Shown here piece by piece: positions 18,380 to 28,217 of a DNA stretch of 64,000 nucleotides. A program made the position numbers and the translations under genes. The stretch comes from an uncultured Gemmatimonadota bacterium (GTDB lineage: Bacteria > JAAXHH01): NCBI GenBank assembly GCA_951812955.1, contig OX638340.1, positions 352,001 through 416,000 on the forward strand. The letters run 5' to 3'. Numbering within the stretch: position 1 is the first letter of the stretch; every line of letters begins with the position of its first letter. The notes under the pieces were generated by a model. It did not search any database, had not been told where the DNA came from, and saw nothing but the letters and a program-made list of their open reading frames with translations.

Positions 18380-19192
18380 CTATGCTCTCCGGTCGGTTGA
18401 TCGGTGGAAGCAGGACTCGGCGTTGTGCCGGGGCGCGTAGCCGATCTCTTCCTTCGGGGTCTCAATGTCGAAGATGTTGTAGGTGTTGTCCGAAATGACG
18501 AAGTAATGCCGCGCGGGGGGCAAGCTGCCGTTGCGATGGGCCGTATACGCCGCGTGCACCATGGACGCCGCGTCCCGCTGGTGACACCATACCGCGAAGT
18601 ACCCGCGTTCTTCCATGATGGGCGTATTCCCGGGGTTTACACCTCCCCAGCGCGTCGCCAGCGCGCCACAACCCCGGTCAGACGCCCGTTTCACCCAGGA
18701 CTCGACGTAGGCCTTCTCCCGGCCGTAGTCGTTTATCGGACAGGGCGGCGTATGCGCGGAGAGCGGCGGGGGCCAGTCTACGATCTCATCGAACTTCCGC
18801 TCGGCGATCAACGCGTACGTGCCCGACTCGAAAAAGCGGTAAGCGTCGTCTACCGCGTGCACGGAGCTCGAACCCACGATCATCGGACTGCGGTCCAGGG
18901 CCAGCACCGATTCAAACACCAGGTCCGTCATATGGTTCATGACGGCGAGATCGCCCTTCCGGGCCAGGTAGACGACGAGATCGAAACCGGGCAGCAGATC
19001 CCTGAACCGGTCCGGTTCTTCGGTGATGTCCATATAGATGAACCGGCCTTCAGCGCGGCCCTCGGCCCTGTCGGGGGCTCCGGGCAGGTCGATGGAACAG
19101 AATCGGTATCTTTCGTCCATCTCCGGCAGGTACCGGCGAAGTCCGGATCCGATCGTCCCCCTGCCGCCGATGAGCAACGTATTAAAAGCCAT
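18380..19192 (-). CDS. NAD-dependent epimerase/dehydratase family protein (extended SDR)
   Basis: ORF 18380..19252; start at internal ATG 19192 ('MAFNTLLIGGRGTIGSGL' Rossmann motif), 10 nt downstream of the Fe-ADH stop codon. Confidence 0.7.
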   Translation of the reverse strand: MAFNTLLIGGRGTIGSGLRRYLPEMDERYRFCSIDLPGAPDRAEGRAEGRFIYMDITEEPDRFRDLLPGFDLVVYLARKGDLAVMNHMTDLVFESVLALDRSPMIVGSSSVHAVDDAYRFFESGTYALIAERKFDEIVDWPPPLSAHTPPCPINDYGREKAYVESWVKRASDRGCGALATRWGGVNPGNTPIMEERGYFAVWCHQRDAASMVHAAYTAHRNGSLPPARHYFVISDNTYNIFDIETPKEEIGYAPRHNAESCFHRSTDRRA

Positions 19193-19202
19193 ACGATTCC
19201 CC

Positions 19203-20372
19203 TCAATAGGCTTCCATATAGAGCGATTTGATTTCGTTCGCCGTGGGAACACGCGGGTTGTTCTGCGGACTTCCCGATAAGAGCGCGTCCTCGGCCATCT
19301 TGTCCAGCGCGCCGGTCAGGGCCTCTTCAGATATGCCACAGTCCCGCAGTCCAGGGATTTCGACGGTATCATTGAGTTTCTGCAGACCGTCGACAAGCAA
19401 ATCGCAGGCTTCGGACGCATTGTGTTCTTCCCCCGCCCACCCGAGCTTCCGGGCCAGGATGGCGTAGCGTTCGGGCGCCGAGGATACGCTGAACCGGGTG
19501 ACGGCCGGCAGGAGGACCGAGTTGCTCAGGCCGTGGGGAAGATGAAATACCGCTCCGAGCGGCCTGCTCATGCCGTGCACGAGACAGACGGAGCTGTTGG
19601 CGAAGGCCATTCCGCCCAGGGAGGCCGCTTCCATCATGCCCTTACGGGCGGCGTGATCGCCGGGTTGGCGCCAGGCCCGCTCGAGGTGCCTGCCGACGAG
19701 GTCGACGCAGGCAAGGGCGAGCGGGTCCGTCATCGTGCCCGCCTTGCGGGAGACGAACGCTTCGATTCCGTGCGTCAGGGTATCCACGCCCACATTGGCC
19801 GTGAGCGGCGGGGGCATGGACAGGGTCAGTGTGTAGTCGACGAAGGCCGCGGTAGGCAGAAGGTGCGCATCCAGCATCATCATCTTCACGTTTCGAATCG
19901 TATCCGTAATGACGGTCACGCGGGTCATTTCGCTCCCGGTACCTGCGGTAGTGGGGATAGCGAAAAGCGGTACGCCGGGCCGGGGTATGCGGTGATAGCC
20001 GGCGTATCCGGACAGGGGTCCGTCATTCGTCGCCATGACAGCGATGCCCTTGCCGGCGTCGATGCTGCTTCCGCCGCCCACCGCGATGACGGCGTCGCAG
20101 CCGTTTGACCGGAATACCGCCAATCCTTCTTCCACGTTCACATCCGTGGGTTCCGTCGTCACGCCCCCGTATACATGGGCATCAAGGTCCGCCTGGCGGC
20201 ATTGTTCCACGATTCGCGCGGGCAGGCCCTGTTCGACCAAATAGGGATCGGAGACCAGCAGGACGTTCTTAAGTCCGCTGCGTCTGGCCTGTGGGACGGC
20301 TTCATCGAATGCCCCGGCGCCGGTGAAAATAATGGAAGGTATATTGATCTGAACGGGGCCGGACATCCTCAC
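19203..20372 (-). CDS. Iron-containing (group III) alcohol dehydrogenase
   Basis: 389-aa ORF; 'GGGSSIDAGK' NAD-binding motif and His-rich metal site ('HGMSRPLGAVFHLPHG'). Confidence 0.85.
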   Translation of the reverse strand: MRMSGPVQINIPSIIFTGAGAFDEAVPQARRSGLKNVLLVSDPYLVEQGLPARIVEQCRQADLDAHVYGGVTTEPTDVNVEEGLAVFRSNGCDAVIAVGGGSSIDAGKGIAVMATNDGPLSGYAGYHRIPRPGVPLFAIPTTAGTGSEMTRVTVITDTIRNVKMMMLDAHLLPTAAFVDYTLTLSMPPPLTANVGVDTLTHGIEAFVSRKAGTMTDPLALACVDLVGRHLERAWRQPGDHAARKGMMEAASLGGMAFANSSVCLVHGMSRPLGAVFHLPHGLSNSVLLPAVTRFSVSSAPERYAILARKLGWAGEEHNASEACDLLVDGLQKLNDTVEIPGLRDCGISEEALTGALDKMAEDALLSGSPQNNPRVPTANEIKSLYMEAY

Positions 20373-21691
20373 GTCACTCCCTCGATCACGTCGCTGTATT
20401 GCCTGAAGGAGCCGGAGGTCACGACCTCGGCCAGCGCCTGCACGGCGTTGTTCAATTCCTCGTAAGTCGTGTAAAGCGGCGCGATGCCCAGTCTGATGTT
20501 GTCCGGCATTCGGAAATCTGAAATGACCTTTTTCTCTTCCCGGATGGCCTGGTCGATGCGGTAACCCTCGTCATGGCCGAATGAGACGTGCGATCCCCTG
20601 CGGTCGCCGTTCCGCGGAGAGTTCAGTCTGAACCCGAGTGGCATCAGCACGGATTCCCAGAGGGATACCAGGTATTCCGACTGATCGATCGACTTGGTAC
20701 GAATGGGACCAATGCCGGCTTCGAGCGTGAGATCCACACCGGGTTCAATCATGGCAAGCGACAGGACGGACGGCGTGCCCGTGAGATAGCGGTCTATGCC
20801 CGCCGCCGGTTCGAATTCGGTATCGAAATAGAATTGTTTCCGGTGGCCGAACCAGCCTGAAACCGGGTTGATCAGCCGGGACTGCAGGTCGTCCCGGACA
20901 TAAAGAAACGCCGGTGCGCCCGGGCCGCCGTTCAGGTACTTGTACGTGGAACCCACCGCCAGGTCGATACCCAGGTCGTGACATGCCATGGGTACGACGC
21001 CGGCGGAATGGCTCAGGTCCCAAAGGATCATCGCGTCCCGCCTATGGGCGATTTCGGTTATCCGCGCAAGGTCGTACATGTAACTGGACTTGTACATGAC
21101 GTGAGAAAGGAGCACCAGGGCGGTATCGTCGTCGATGGCCCGTTCCAGGGTCTCATCGGATACGGCAAAGCCGTTGTCCACCGGGAGAACAACCAGTTCG
21201 TACGCGGGATCGAGCAGGTCCGCCACGGCCTTCAGGATATAGATGTCGGATGGGAAATTAACGCGGTCGGTCACGATTTTACGCCGTCCCTGCCGCTCCT
21301 TGAGCGCGCCGGCAATCAGCTTGAACAGGTTGACCGAAGTGGAGTCGGCGATGATTACTTCGTCCGGCAAAGCGCCGATCAGTCCGGCCAGCTTGGCGCC
21401 GATACGCCTGGAAAGCCCCATCCATTCGTCATTCCAGGCCCGGATCAGGCGGTTTCCCCACTGATGCCGGACCAGCCGGTCCATCAGGGCGACGGAGTCT
21501 TTCGGAACCCGTCCAAGGGAATTGCCATCCAGGTATATCAGGCCGGGGTCGTCAATCAGGAAGCGTTCCCGGAACCTGCCTAACTGGTCACGACGGTCCA
21601 ATGCTCGTGCCTGTTCGAGCGACGTGTCGAAGTCCAAACACACACCTCCACGTTTCATTCCGTGGCGGGAATGGGAGTCGAAGGGACGCAA
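20369..21691 (-). CDS. kynU: Kynureninase-like PLP-dependent hydrolase
   Basis: 440-aa ORF; 'IYLDGNSLG' N-terminal signature, class-V aminotransferase fold with 'GSTYKYLNGGPG' PLP-lysine region. Stop/start overlap with the Fe-ADH gene (ATGA). Confidence 0.8.
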   Translation of the reverse strand: MRPFDSHSRHGMKRGGVCLDFDTSLEQARALDRRDQLGRFRERFLIDDPGLIYLDGNSLGRVPKDSVALMDRLVRHQWGNRLIRAWNDEWMGLSRRIGAKLAGLIGALPDEVIIADSTSVNLFKLIAGALKERQGRRKIVTDRVNFPSDIYILKAVADLLDPAYELVVLPVDNGFAVSDETLERAIDDDTALVLLSHVMYKSSYMYDLARITEIAHRRDAMILWDLSHSAGVVPMACHDLGIDLAVGSTYKYLNGGPGAPAFLYVRDDLQSRLINPVSGWFGHRKQFYFDTEFEPAAGIDRYLTGTPSVLSLAMIEPGVDLTLEAGIGPIRTKSIDQSEYLVSLWESVLMPLGFRLNSPRNGDRRGSHVSFGHDEGYRIDQAIREEKKVISDFRMPDNIRLGIAPLYTTYEELNNAVQALAEVVTSGSFRQYSDVIEGVT

Positions 21692-21764
21692 AAAAGAAAA
21701 TCGAAATGTATACGTGGAGGGAGGTCAGGACAAGTGGAATGTCGGCATCACGCCGGGCGTCGAG

Positions 21765-21818
21765 GTCACATCGCGCTTCGGGGTCACGTCGCGCTTCGGG
21801 GTCACGTCGTGCGGCCGA
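21765..21818. repeat. 18-bp tandem repeat (gtcac[a/g]tcgcgcttcggg), ~2.5 copies
   Basis: Direct tandem copies at 21765-21782 and 21783-21800, and a degenerate copy at 21801-21818, in the intergenic region between kynU and the DUF218 gene. Confidence 0.7.
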
Positions 21819-21821
21819 TGC

Positions 21822-22484
21822 TCATCTGCTCGCCCGTTCTCCAGGTTCCATGGAACGCGGCTGGGTATCGAGGATGTTCAGGTCGGCGAATGCCATTACC
21901 CTGGCCAGCGTTTCGCGTCCACGCATCAGCAGGGAACTGGAGTGAGGAGTGTCTTCAGCGCAGAAACCCGTCGCGGCGAGACCGACGCCGTCCGCGAGGT
22001 ATAGCGCCCGTTCGCAGTGAAACTGCTGCGAAACGACCGTGACGCGGTCAAGGCCGAATACCTGCTTCGCCCGGAACACGGAGTCCAGGGTCCTGACCCC
22101 GGCATAGTCGAGCAGGATGTAGTCTTCCGGCACGCCCAGTTCGATCAGGTCAAGCTGCATGGTCGTCGTCTCGTCATAGTACTTCGTGGATGCGTCGCCG
22201 CTGACGAGGATGGCGCGGACCCGGCCGGCGTGAAACAGTTCGGCGGCGGCCTCGATGCGCGTGCGGTAGTATCGATTGACGTTCCCCTCGGCGTACTTGG
22301 AGGTGCCCAGTACGAGCGCCACCTGGCACTCGGGTGTTTCGTCGGCCAGGTAGTACAACCGGGCGGATGCGTTTCGGGTGATGGAGAGGTCGTTCAACAG
22401 GGTTGCGAAGAGACCGATCGCGGCCAGCGCCGCAATACATTTGGTCAAAGACAGCAGATGGCGATAAGCAGGTTTGCTTCGCAT
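21822..22484 (-). CDS. SanA/YdcF (DUF218) family membrane-anchored protein
   Basis: 220-aa ORF; N-terminal TM anchor and DUF218 core ('ILVSGDAST', 'VTVVSQQFHCERAL'). Confidence 0.65.
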   Translation of the reverse strand: MRSKPAYRHLLSLTKCIAALAAIGLFATLLNDLSITRNASARLYYLADETPECQVALVLGTSKYAEGNVNRYYRTRIEAAAELFHAGRVRAILVSGDASTKYYDETTTMQLDLIELGVPEDYILLDYAGVRTLDSVFRAKQVFGLDRVTVVSQQFHCERALYLADGVGLAATGFCAEDTPHSSSLLMRGRETLARVMAFADLNILDTQPRSMEPGERASR

Positions 22485-22723
22485 CGAATCAGACGTTTTG
22501 GCGGGAAATGGTCTTTTTGGAATGAAGGACTGGGGTTATACTAATATACTACCTGTGCGGGGGGTATGCCGTCAAGCGATTAACCCTGGTTTTGTGTCAT
22601 TTCCCACAGGTTTTTTAAAAAGAGGACGTCCCACCCAGGGATACCATGGTCTTGCACAGGATGTGTACGTGAGTTTAACCGCAAAGCACGTCGTTGTCTA
22701 ATTGATACTGGAGTGATTCCACC

Positions 22724-23365
22724 ATGCTTATACCCCTGCTGATATGGCTGCTTCCCATCGCGTCGCCTGACTCTTTCCAGGATCCGGTAAACGGCCGTCC
22801 TCACATGACCGTACTGTTTTATGGAGACAGCCTGACGACGGGCTTCGGGATCGATCCGGACAAGGCGTATCCCCAGGTAATCCAGGAGAAGATCGACCAA
22901 CTCGGCTGGCCATTCCGGGTGATTAACGGAGGGGTGGGGGGCGAGACCACAGCGGGTGGACTGAGCCGAATCGACTGGGTACTGCAGAACAGGATGGACG
23001 TGTTTGTACTGGAACTCGGCGGCAACGATGGCCTGAGGGGCGTCGACCCTCGTGTCACGCGGCGGAATCTGCGGGCGATCATCCGCCGTGTAAGAGACCG
23101 TTATCCCGATACGAAGATCGTTCTCGCAGGCATGCAGGCGCCGCCGAACATGGGTACTGCATTCACTTCGGCCTTCAAGGCGATCTATCCTGAACTGGCC
23201 GAATCGGAAAACACCCCGCTGATTCCCTTCCTGCTCCAGGGCGTCGGCGGCATAGCTGAACTGAATCTGCCCGACGGTATCCACCCGACGGCCGAAGGGC
23301 ACGCGATTCTGGCGGAGAACGTGTGGAAGGTGCTCAAGCCAGTCCTGGAGGACCTGAGTCCGTAA
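22724..23365 (+). CDS. tesA: SGNH/GDSL hydrolase, TesA-like arylesterase / lysophospholipase L1
   Basis: 213-aa ORF; 'FYGDSLTTG' block I with the catalytic Ser, 'GGND' block and 'DGIHP' catalytic Asp/His block; N-terminal signal peptide. Confidence 0.8.
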   Translation: MLIPLLIWLLPIASPDSFQDPVNGRPHMTVLFYGDSLTTGFGIDPDKAYPQVIQEKIDQLGWPFRVINGGVGGETTAGGLSRIDWVLQNRMDVFVLELGGNDGLRGVDPRVTRRNLRAIIRRVRDRYPDTKIVLAGMQAPPNMGTAFTSAFKAIYPELAESENTPLIPFLLQGVGGIAELNLPDGIHPTAEGHAILAENVWKVLKPVLEDLSP

Positions 23366-23369
23366 GTCG

Positions 23370-25937
23370 CTAGATCTCGGAGCGAAGCACTTCCAGCGGG
23401 GACTGACGGTAGATTCCGGTGCTGGCCAGCATGCCCACCGTGATGGTGATCGCCGATATCCCGCCGATCACGGCCACTACGGGGATGAATGCCGGTATGA
23501 AGGAGATATTGAAGACGAATGTGGCAAGAATCCATGTCGCGGCATAGGCCAGCACAACGCCCGTAACGGCGCCGATCGCCCCAAGGAACAGGTACTCGAT
23601 CGACATGATCTTGAGTATCTGATTTCGGGATCCTCCCAGCGTTTTCAGGAGCACGCTCTCCTGCATTCGCTGCAGCCGGCTGTTCGTTACGACACCCACC
23701 AGCACGATTACGCCGGTGAATACGCTGAACAGCGCCATGAAACGGACGATGAGGGAGACTTTCCCGAGGATGTCGTTCAAGGTGCCCAGGATGAGGCTGA
23801 GGTCGATCATGGATACATTGGGGAACCTGCTTACTGTTTCCTGCTGAAAGCGGGCAGAAACCTGCGGATCGTCGATACGCGTCACGATCACGTGGAACTG
23901 GGGCGCTTCTTCCAGCACACCCTCGGGAAAGACAATAAAAAAGTTCGGTTGAACGCGCTGCCAGTCGACGGCCCTCAGGCTGCCCACGGTGGTCTTGACC
24001 GGAATGCCCTGCACATCGAACACGATCTCGTCCCCGATACCCACTCCGAGCCGGTCCGCTATGCTTTTTTCAACGGAAACCAGCACCGTCTCGTGCTCTC
24101 CGTCGACGCGGGGCTGCAACGTGCCTTCCAGGAGCGTTTCCGCATCCTCCAGATGGCCCCGATAGGTAGACCGGTATTCCCGCCGCATCGCCCACCGGGG
24201 CGACCGGTCCGTGGAATCCTGCATGATTTCGGCAGTGGTGCGTCCATTCAAACCGGCCAGGCGCATGCTGACGACGGGCGTTTGTTGCATGACCGGGAGC
24301 CCGTTGCGTTCAAGCGACTCGACGATTTCATCCCGCTGATCCGGCTGGATATCGAACAGGACCATGTTCGACTGCCTCTCCCCTCCGACCTGGGAAATAT
24401 GCCCGACCAGGGAAAACTGAAGCAGGTAGAGGGTCGTCAGCAGGAAAGCCCCCAGCCCGAGGGCCACCACCATCGTAACGGTCTGGTTATCCGGCCTGAA
24501 GAGATTGGCCATGCCCTGCCGCCATACGTACGGCCAGCGCGCGGGCAACAGGCGGCGAGCCATCGCTATGAGGCCGCGGGCGACGAAGCTCAACAGGGCG
24601 AAGGCGACAATCAGCCCCGCCGCGAATCCCACGCCCTGATACCATTGGCGGGACTGTGTGACAGAGAAAAGCACGATCCCGGTGACAAGCACGGCAATCA
24701 GCGCCAGGCGCCACGGATCACGGGCGCCCCGGGATGGCGTTTCGACCGATGAACGGAGCGTAAGCAACGGTGAGATGTCTCTTACCGCGATGAGTGGGAG
24801 GAGGGCGAAAAGCAGGGCCATGAGCAGACCGAGGCCCATGCCCTGCAGGACGGGCAGGTATGAGTAGTGGATATCCAGTTCGAATGGAACGAAGTCCTGT
24901 ATCAGCGCCGGCAGGACCCCGAGTACGAGAAACCCCGCGACCGCGCCGATCGACGAGCCGATTACACCGATGGATACGGCCTGGATGACGTAAATGGTGA
25001 CGGTATGCCGCCCTTCCGCGCCCAGACAGCGCAGTACGGCGATGGTGCCCCGCTTCCGTCTCACGTAGGTATGAATGGCGCTCGCAACGCCTACGCTCCC
25101 GAGGATCAGGGCAATGAAACCGCTCAGGTTCAGAAACCGGTACAGATTGCCCAGGGATCGTTCCAGGCCCGCCTGCCGGTCGGCCACGGTATCCCAGTCC
25201 ATGCCCCACCGCGCCGCCGTATCCGTGCCGTGGGATTCCACCAGTGCCTGCACGTTTACGCTATCGTCGAATCTGAAAAGCGCCCGGTAGGTCGCTCTGC
25301 TTCCGGGCTGGATCAATGCCGTGGACTCCAGATCCGCCAGGGGTATGTAGACGCGGGGACCGATGGTGCTCATGGCCGCCGTTTCGCCCGGAATGGCAAT
25401 CAGCCGTCCCTCGATCTCGAAGGTCCTCAGGCCGACGCGTATGGAGTCGCCGACCTCCGCGCCGTGCTGGATCATCAGGTTGTCGTCCACGAGTGCCGAA
25501 CCCTGGGTCCTGAAGCGTTGTGCGGCGTCCGGAGGGGCCGTCTCCAGCTCGCCGTAGTAGGGGAAATCACCCTCGAGGGCACGGACCTGTACGAGGCGCG
25601 ACGAAGCGGATCGGGGGAAGGCGACCATGGAAGCAAAACTGGTCTGGCGGGACTGCACTCCGCCCAGGCTCTGGAGGAAGACTTCGGCCGAATCGGAGAA
25701 CGCCCGGCGGGTGTTTATGTCTAGGTCGGCGCCTAACAGCGCCTTGGATTCCTGGTTGACCGCGGTCCGCATGCTGTCGCCGAGGGTCCTGATCGAAACG
25801 AGCGCCGCCGTGCCCAGGATAATGGACGACATGTAAAGCAGCAGGCGGCGCCGGTAGGTCCGGCTGTCCCGCCAGGCCATATTGAGCAGCCACTTCAGGT
25901 GCAAAGGTGCGTGTTCACTCGGAGAAGGTGAAGACAT
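23370..25937 (-). CDS. ABC transporter permease, FtsX-like with duplicated permease domains (YbbP family)
   Basis: 855-aa ORF with two FtsX/MacB-type 4-TM modules, each preceded by a large periplasmic loop. Confidence 0.8.
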   Translation of the reverse strand: MSSPSPSEHAPLHLKWLLNMAWRDSRTYRRRLLLYMSSIILGTAALVSIRTLGDSMRTAVNQESKALLGADLDINTRRAFSDSAEVFLQSLGGVQSRQTSFASMVAFPRSASSRLVQVRALEGDFPYYGELETAPPDAAQRFRTQGSALVDDNLMIQHGAEVGDSIRVGLRTFEIEGRLIAIPGETAAMSTIGPRVYIPLADLESTALIQPGSRATYRALFRFDDSVNVQALVESHGTDTAARWGMDWDTVADRQAGLERSLGNLYRFLNLSGFIALILGSVGVASAIHTYVRRKRGTIAVLRCLGAEGRHTVTIYVIQAVSIGVIGSSIGAVAGFLVLGVLPALIQDFVPFELDIHYSYLPVLQGMGLGLLMALLFALLPLIAVRDISPLLTLRSSVETPSRGARDPWRLALIAVLVTGIVLFSVTQSRQWYQGVGFAAGLIVAFALLSFVARGLIAMARRLLPARWPYVWRQGMANLFRPDNQTVTMVVALGLGAFLLTTLYLLQFSLVGHISQVGGERQSNMVLFDIQPDQRDEIVESLERNGLPVMQQTPVVSMRLAGLNGRTTAEIMQDSTDRSPRWAMRREYRSTYRGHLEDAETLLEGTLQPRVDGEHETVLVSVEKSIADRLGVGIGDEIVFDVQGIPVKTTVGSLRAVDWQRVQPNFFIVFPEGVLEEAPQFHVIVTRIDDPQVSARFQQETVSRFPNVSMIDLSLILGTLNDILGKVSLIVRFMALFSVFTGVIVLVGVVTNSRLQRMQESVLLKTLGGSRNQILKIMSIEYLFLGAIGAVTGVVLAYAATWILATFVFNISFIPAFIPVVAVIGGISAITITVGMLASTGIYRQSPLEVLRSEI

Positions 25938-25939
25938 GT

Positions 25940-26678
25940 CTAGGTTTCTGGGGTGAGAGACAGGGGGTGGATTTCAGGATAACCCGCGTTTTCCGTGTGG
26001 TAATCTTCGACGATACGGCCGCCGTTCAACCGGATGATCCGCTGCGATCTGCGCGCCAGATCGGGGTTGTGGGTCACCGTCACGAGGGTCGTTCCCGTTT
26101 CTTCGTTCAAATCGAATAGCAGGTCTTCTACCCGCGCGCTCGTTTCCGCGTCCAGATTGCCCGTCGGCTCGTCCACGAAAAGCAGGGAAGGCCGGTTGAT
26201 GAACGCCCTGGCCAGGGCGACGCGCTGTTGTTCGCCGCCGGACAGTTGCACCGGATAGTGTGAGGAGCGATCGGACAGCGCCACACGATCGAGCAGTTCC
26301 ATGGCCCGGCCGTCAACGCCCTTTTCGCCGCGCAGTTCCGCAGGGACCATGACGTTCTCGAGGGCCGTGAGCGTGGGAATGAGCTGGAAATTCTGGAAGA
26401 CGAAGCCCACGCTTCGGTTCCGCACGCGAGCCCTTTCGTCCTCGTCAAGGTCGTCCATGACAATCCCGTTCAGCGATACCGAACCGGTCGTCGCACGGTC
26501 CAGTCCGGCACAGAGACCGAGCAACGTGGTCTTGCCGCTGCCCGATGGGCCGATGATCGCCAGGGACGCCCCCGGCATCAGCTCGAAATCGACATCGCGC
26601 AACACGTGCAGCATCCCGCCGCCGCTCGCATAGGTCTTGCACAGTCCACGGACTGCCAGAATGGGCTGTTCAATCATG
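25940..26678 (-). CDS. ABC transporter ATP-binding protein (YbbA/LolD-like)
   Basis: Walker A 'GPSGSGKTT', signature 'LSGGEQQRVALARA', Walker B 'LLFVDEPTGNLD'. Start set at ATG 26678 ('MIEQPILAV'), which overlaps the upstream gene's stop (ATGA); the 51-aa Arg-rich N-terminal extension of the raw ORF is rejected. Confidence 0.85.
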
Positions 26679-27618
26679 ATCCGGTCGGCTCCTCGCTGGT
26701 CTGGTTCCCCTCTGGCTGCCCGGGGCCTCTTCCCAGCAGTCTCAGGAGACGGTCCGGATAATCCGTGATGATGCCGTCTACACCGTGTTCGATTAGGCGT
26801 TTCATGTCTGCTTCCTCGTTGATGGTCCACACGTACACGTCCACGTTGTGCCGGTGAGCGCCCGAAACGAACCGTTCGTTCACCATGGGCAGATCCCTGA
26901 AGCTGGGTGGCACCTGCATCGTTTCACCCTCGGGCACAAAGGCAAATCCGAGCCGCGCGGTATTCAACACCCAGAACAAGAGCACTTCTCCGGCCGTGGA
27001 CGACGTGGCGATTCCCGGGTTGTTGTCCCGGATGTATTTGACACTCTCGCCCTGAAACGACGCGATGACCTTGCGTTCCGGATTCGGACTCGCTCCGATG
27101 ACATTCGAGAAGCGTTCCCTTGCGGCGTTGGATACGGCCTTCAGTTCGATGATCATTCTTGCATCAGGGAGCGTGGAAAGCACTTCGGCGAGTGAAGACA
27201 CTTTCAATCCCATGCCCCGGTAGGGAAAGCTCGCGCCGTCGTCCGGCGTCCAGTGGTATCCCGCGTCGAGATCCTGCAATGCCGCCCAGGTCATCCCGTC
27301 GACGCGGCCCGATCCGTCGGTCGTGCGGTCCACCGTGGCATCGTGTATGACGACCAGTTTGCCGTCGCTGGTGGCATGCACGTCGAATTCTAGGGCGTCC
27401 GCACCGGATTCAATGGCGTTTCTGAAGGCGTACAGGGTGTTTTCCGGCCACTGTGCGGCGCCTCCGCGGTGCGCGATGACCAGGGGACGGTCCGTCTGTG
27501 TGAATGAATGCTCGGGCATGGGACGATTTGTCACCGTGGCGTATGACAGGATCACGACGAGAATGGCCGCAACGGCGACCGACAACCGAACGAACCACTT
27601 CCAGATGAATCTGATCAT
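26674..27618 (-). CDS. Glycerophosphodiester phosphodiesterase (GlpQ/UgpQ family)
   Basis: 314-aa ORF; N-terminal signal/TM anchor, 'VIAHRGG' and 'EFDVHATSDGKLVVIHD' GDPD catalytic motifs. Confidence 0.85.
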   Translation of the reverse strand: MIRFIWKWFVRLSVAVAAILVVILSYATVTNRPMPEHSFTQTDRPLVIAHRGGAAQWPENTLYAFRNAIESGADALEFDVHATSDGKLVVIHDATVDRTTDGSGRVDGMTWAALQDLDAGYHWTPDDGASFPYRGMGLKVSSLAEVLSTLPDARMIIELKAVSNAARERFSNVIGASPNPERKVIASFQGESVKYIRDNNPGIATSSTAGEVLLFWVLNTARLGFAFVPEGETMQVPPSFRDLPMVNERFVSGAHRHNVDVYVWTINEEADMKRLIEHGVDGIITDYPDRLLRLLGRGPGQPEGNQTSEEPTGS

Positions 27619-27637
27619 TTACAAGCCGCGGTTGGGG

Positions 27638-28063
27638 TTACAAGGGCCAGTCGTGCAATATGCGCTCCACCTCTTCGGCGTGACCGCTTTCGTCGCGAAT
27701 CATGTCTTCCAACTGGATCATGAGTCCGTAATCTCCGTACGCTTCCGCCTCTGCACGCCGCTGAACGTACCGCTTGACGATCGTGAGCTCGTCTTCGAGC
27801 ATCGTCTCCAGGTTGGCCCGGTTCGAGTCGCTGACCTTGATAGGCCTTGGTACGGTCGTGGGCTCGCCGCCCAGCACCACGATCTTATTGGCGAGATACT
27901 GCGCGTGAAGCTGTTCGTCCGGTACCTCGTCGAGGAAAAACTTCGACAGTTCGGGACGGTAGGGTCCGCTGGCCTTGGCCGCGTAAATGGTAAACTGTAT
28001 GATCGCGCCCAGTTCGGCGGCCAGGTCTCCGTTCAGATTGTCAATCAGGGTCTGCTTGTCCAT
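27638..28063 (-). CDS. Bacterioferritin-like ferritin-family protein
   Basis: 141-aa four-helix-bundle pattern: 'LNGDLAAELGAIIQF', 'E..H' pairs and 'DESGH' near the C-terminus, resembling Bfr di-iron ligands. Confidence 0.6.
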   Translation of the reverse strand: MDKQTLIDNLNGDLAAELGAIIQFTIYAAKASGPYRPELSKFFLDEVPDEQLHAQYLANKIVVLGGEPTTVPRPIKVSDSNRANLETMLEDELTIVKRYVQRRAEAEAYGDYGLMIQLEDMIRDESGHAEEVERILHDWPL

Positions 28064-28217
28064 GGTGCTTCTCCTTTATCTTCGAATGTTTCTTTGACAA
28101 ACGACGGCGTCCTATCCTTCGCCCGTTTTCATGATACGTAATCCGGCGTTCATAAACAAAGCGATAGTTCGCGCCCAGTCTTCAGGCAGTTGGAACTGTA
28201 TAAATCCTATGCCGGGA

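Noticed and set aside
21765-21818. Possible CRISPR-like array (and similarly at 31167-31230)
   Set aside because: Only 2-4 short contiguous tandem copies without spacers and no cas genes; these are simple tandem repeats.
26679-26830. 51-aa N-terminal extension of the ABC ATPase ORF (MDHQRGSRHETPNRTRCRR...)
   Set aside because: Arg-rich junk with no ABC motifs. The ATG at 26678 gives a canonical ABC N-terminus and a 4-nt ATGA overlap with the upstream gene.
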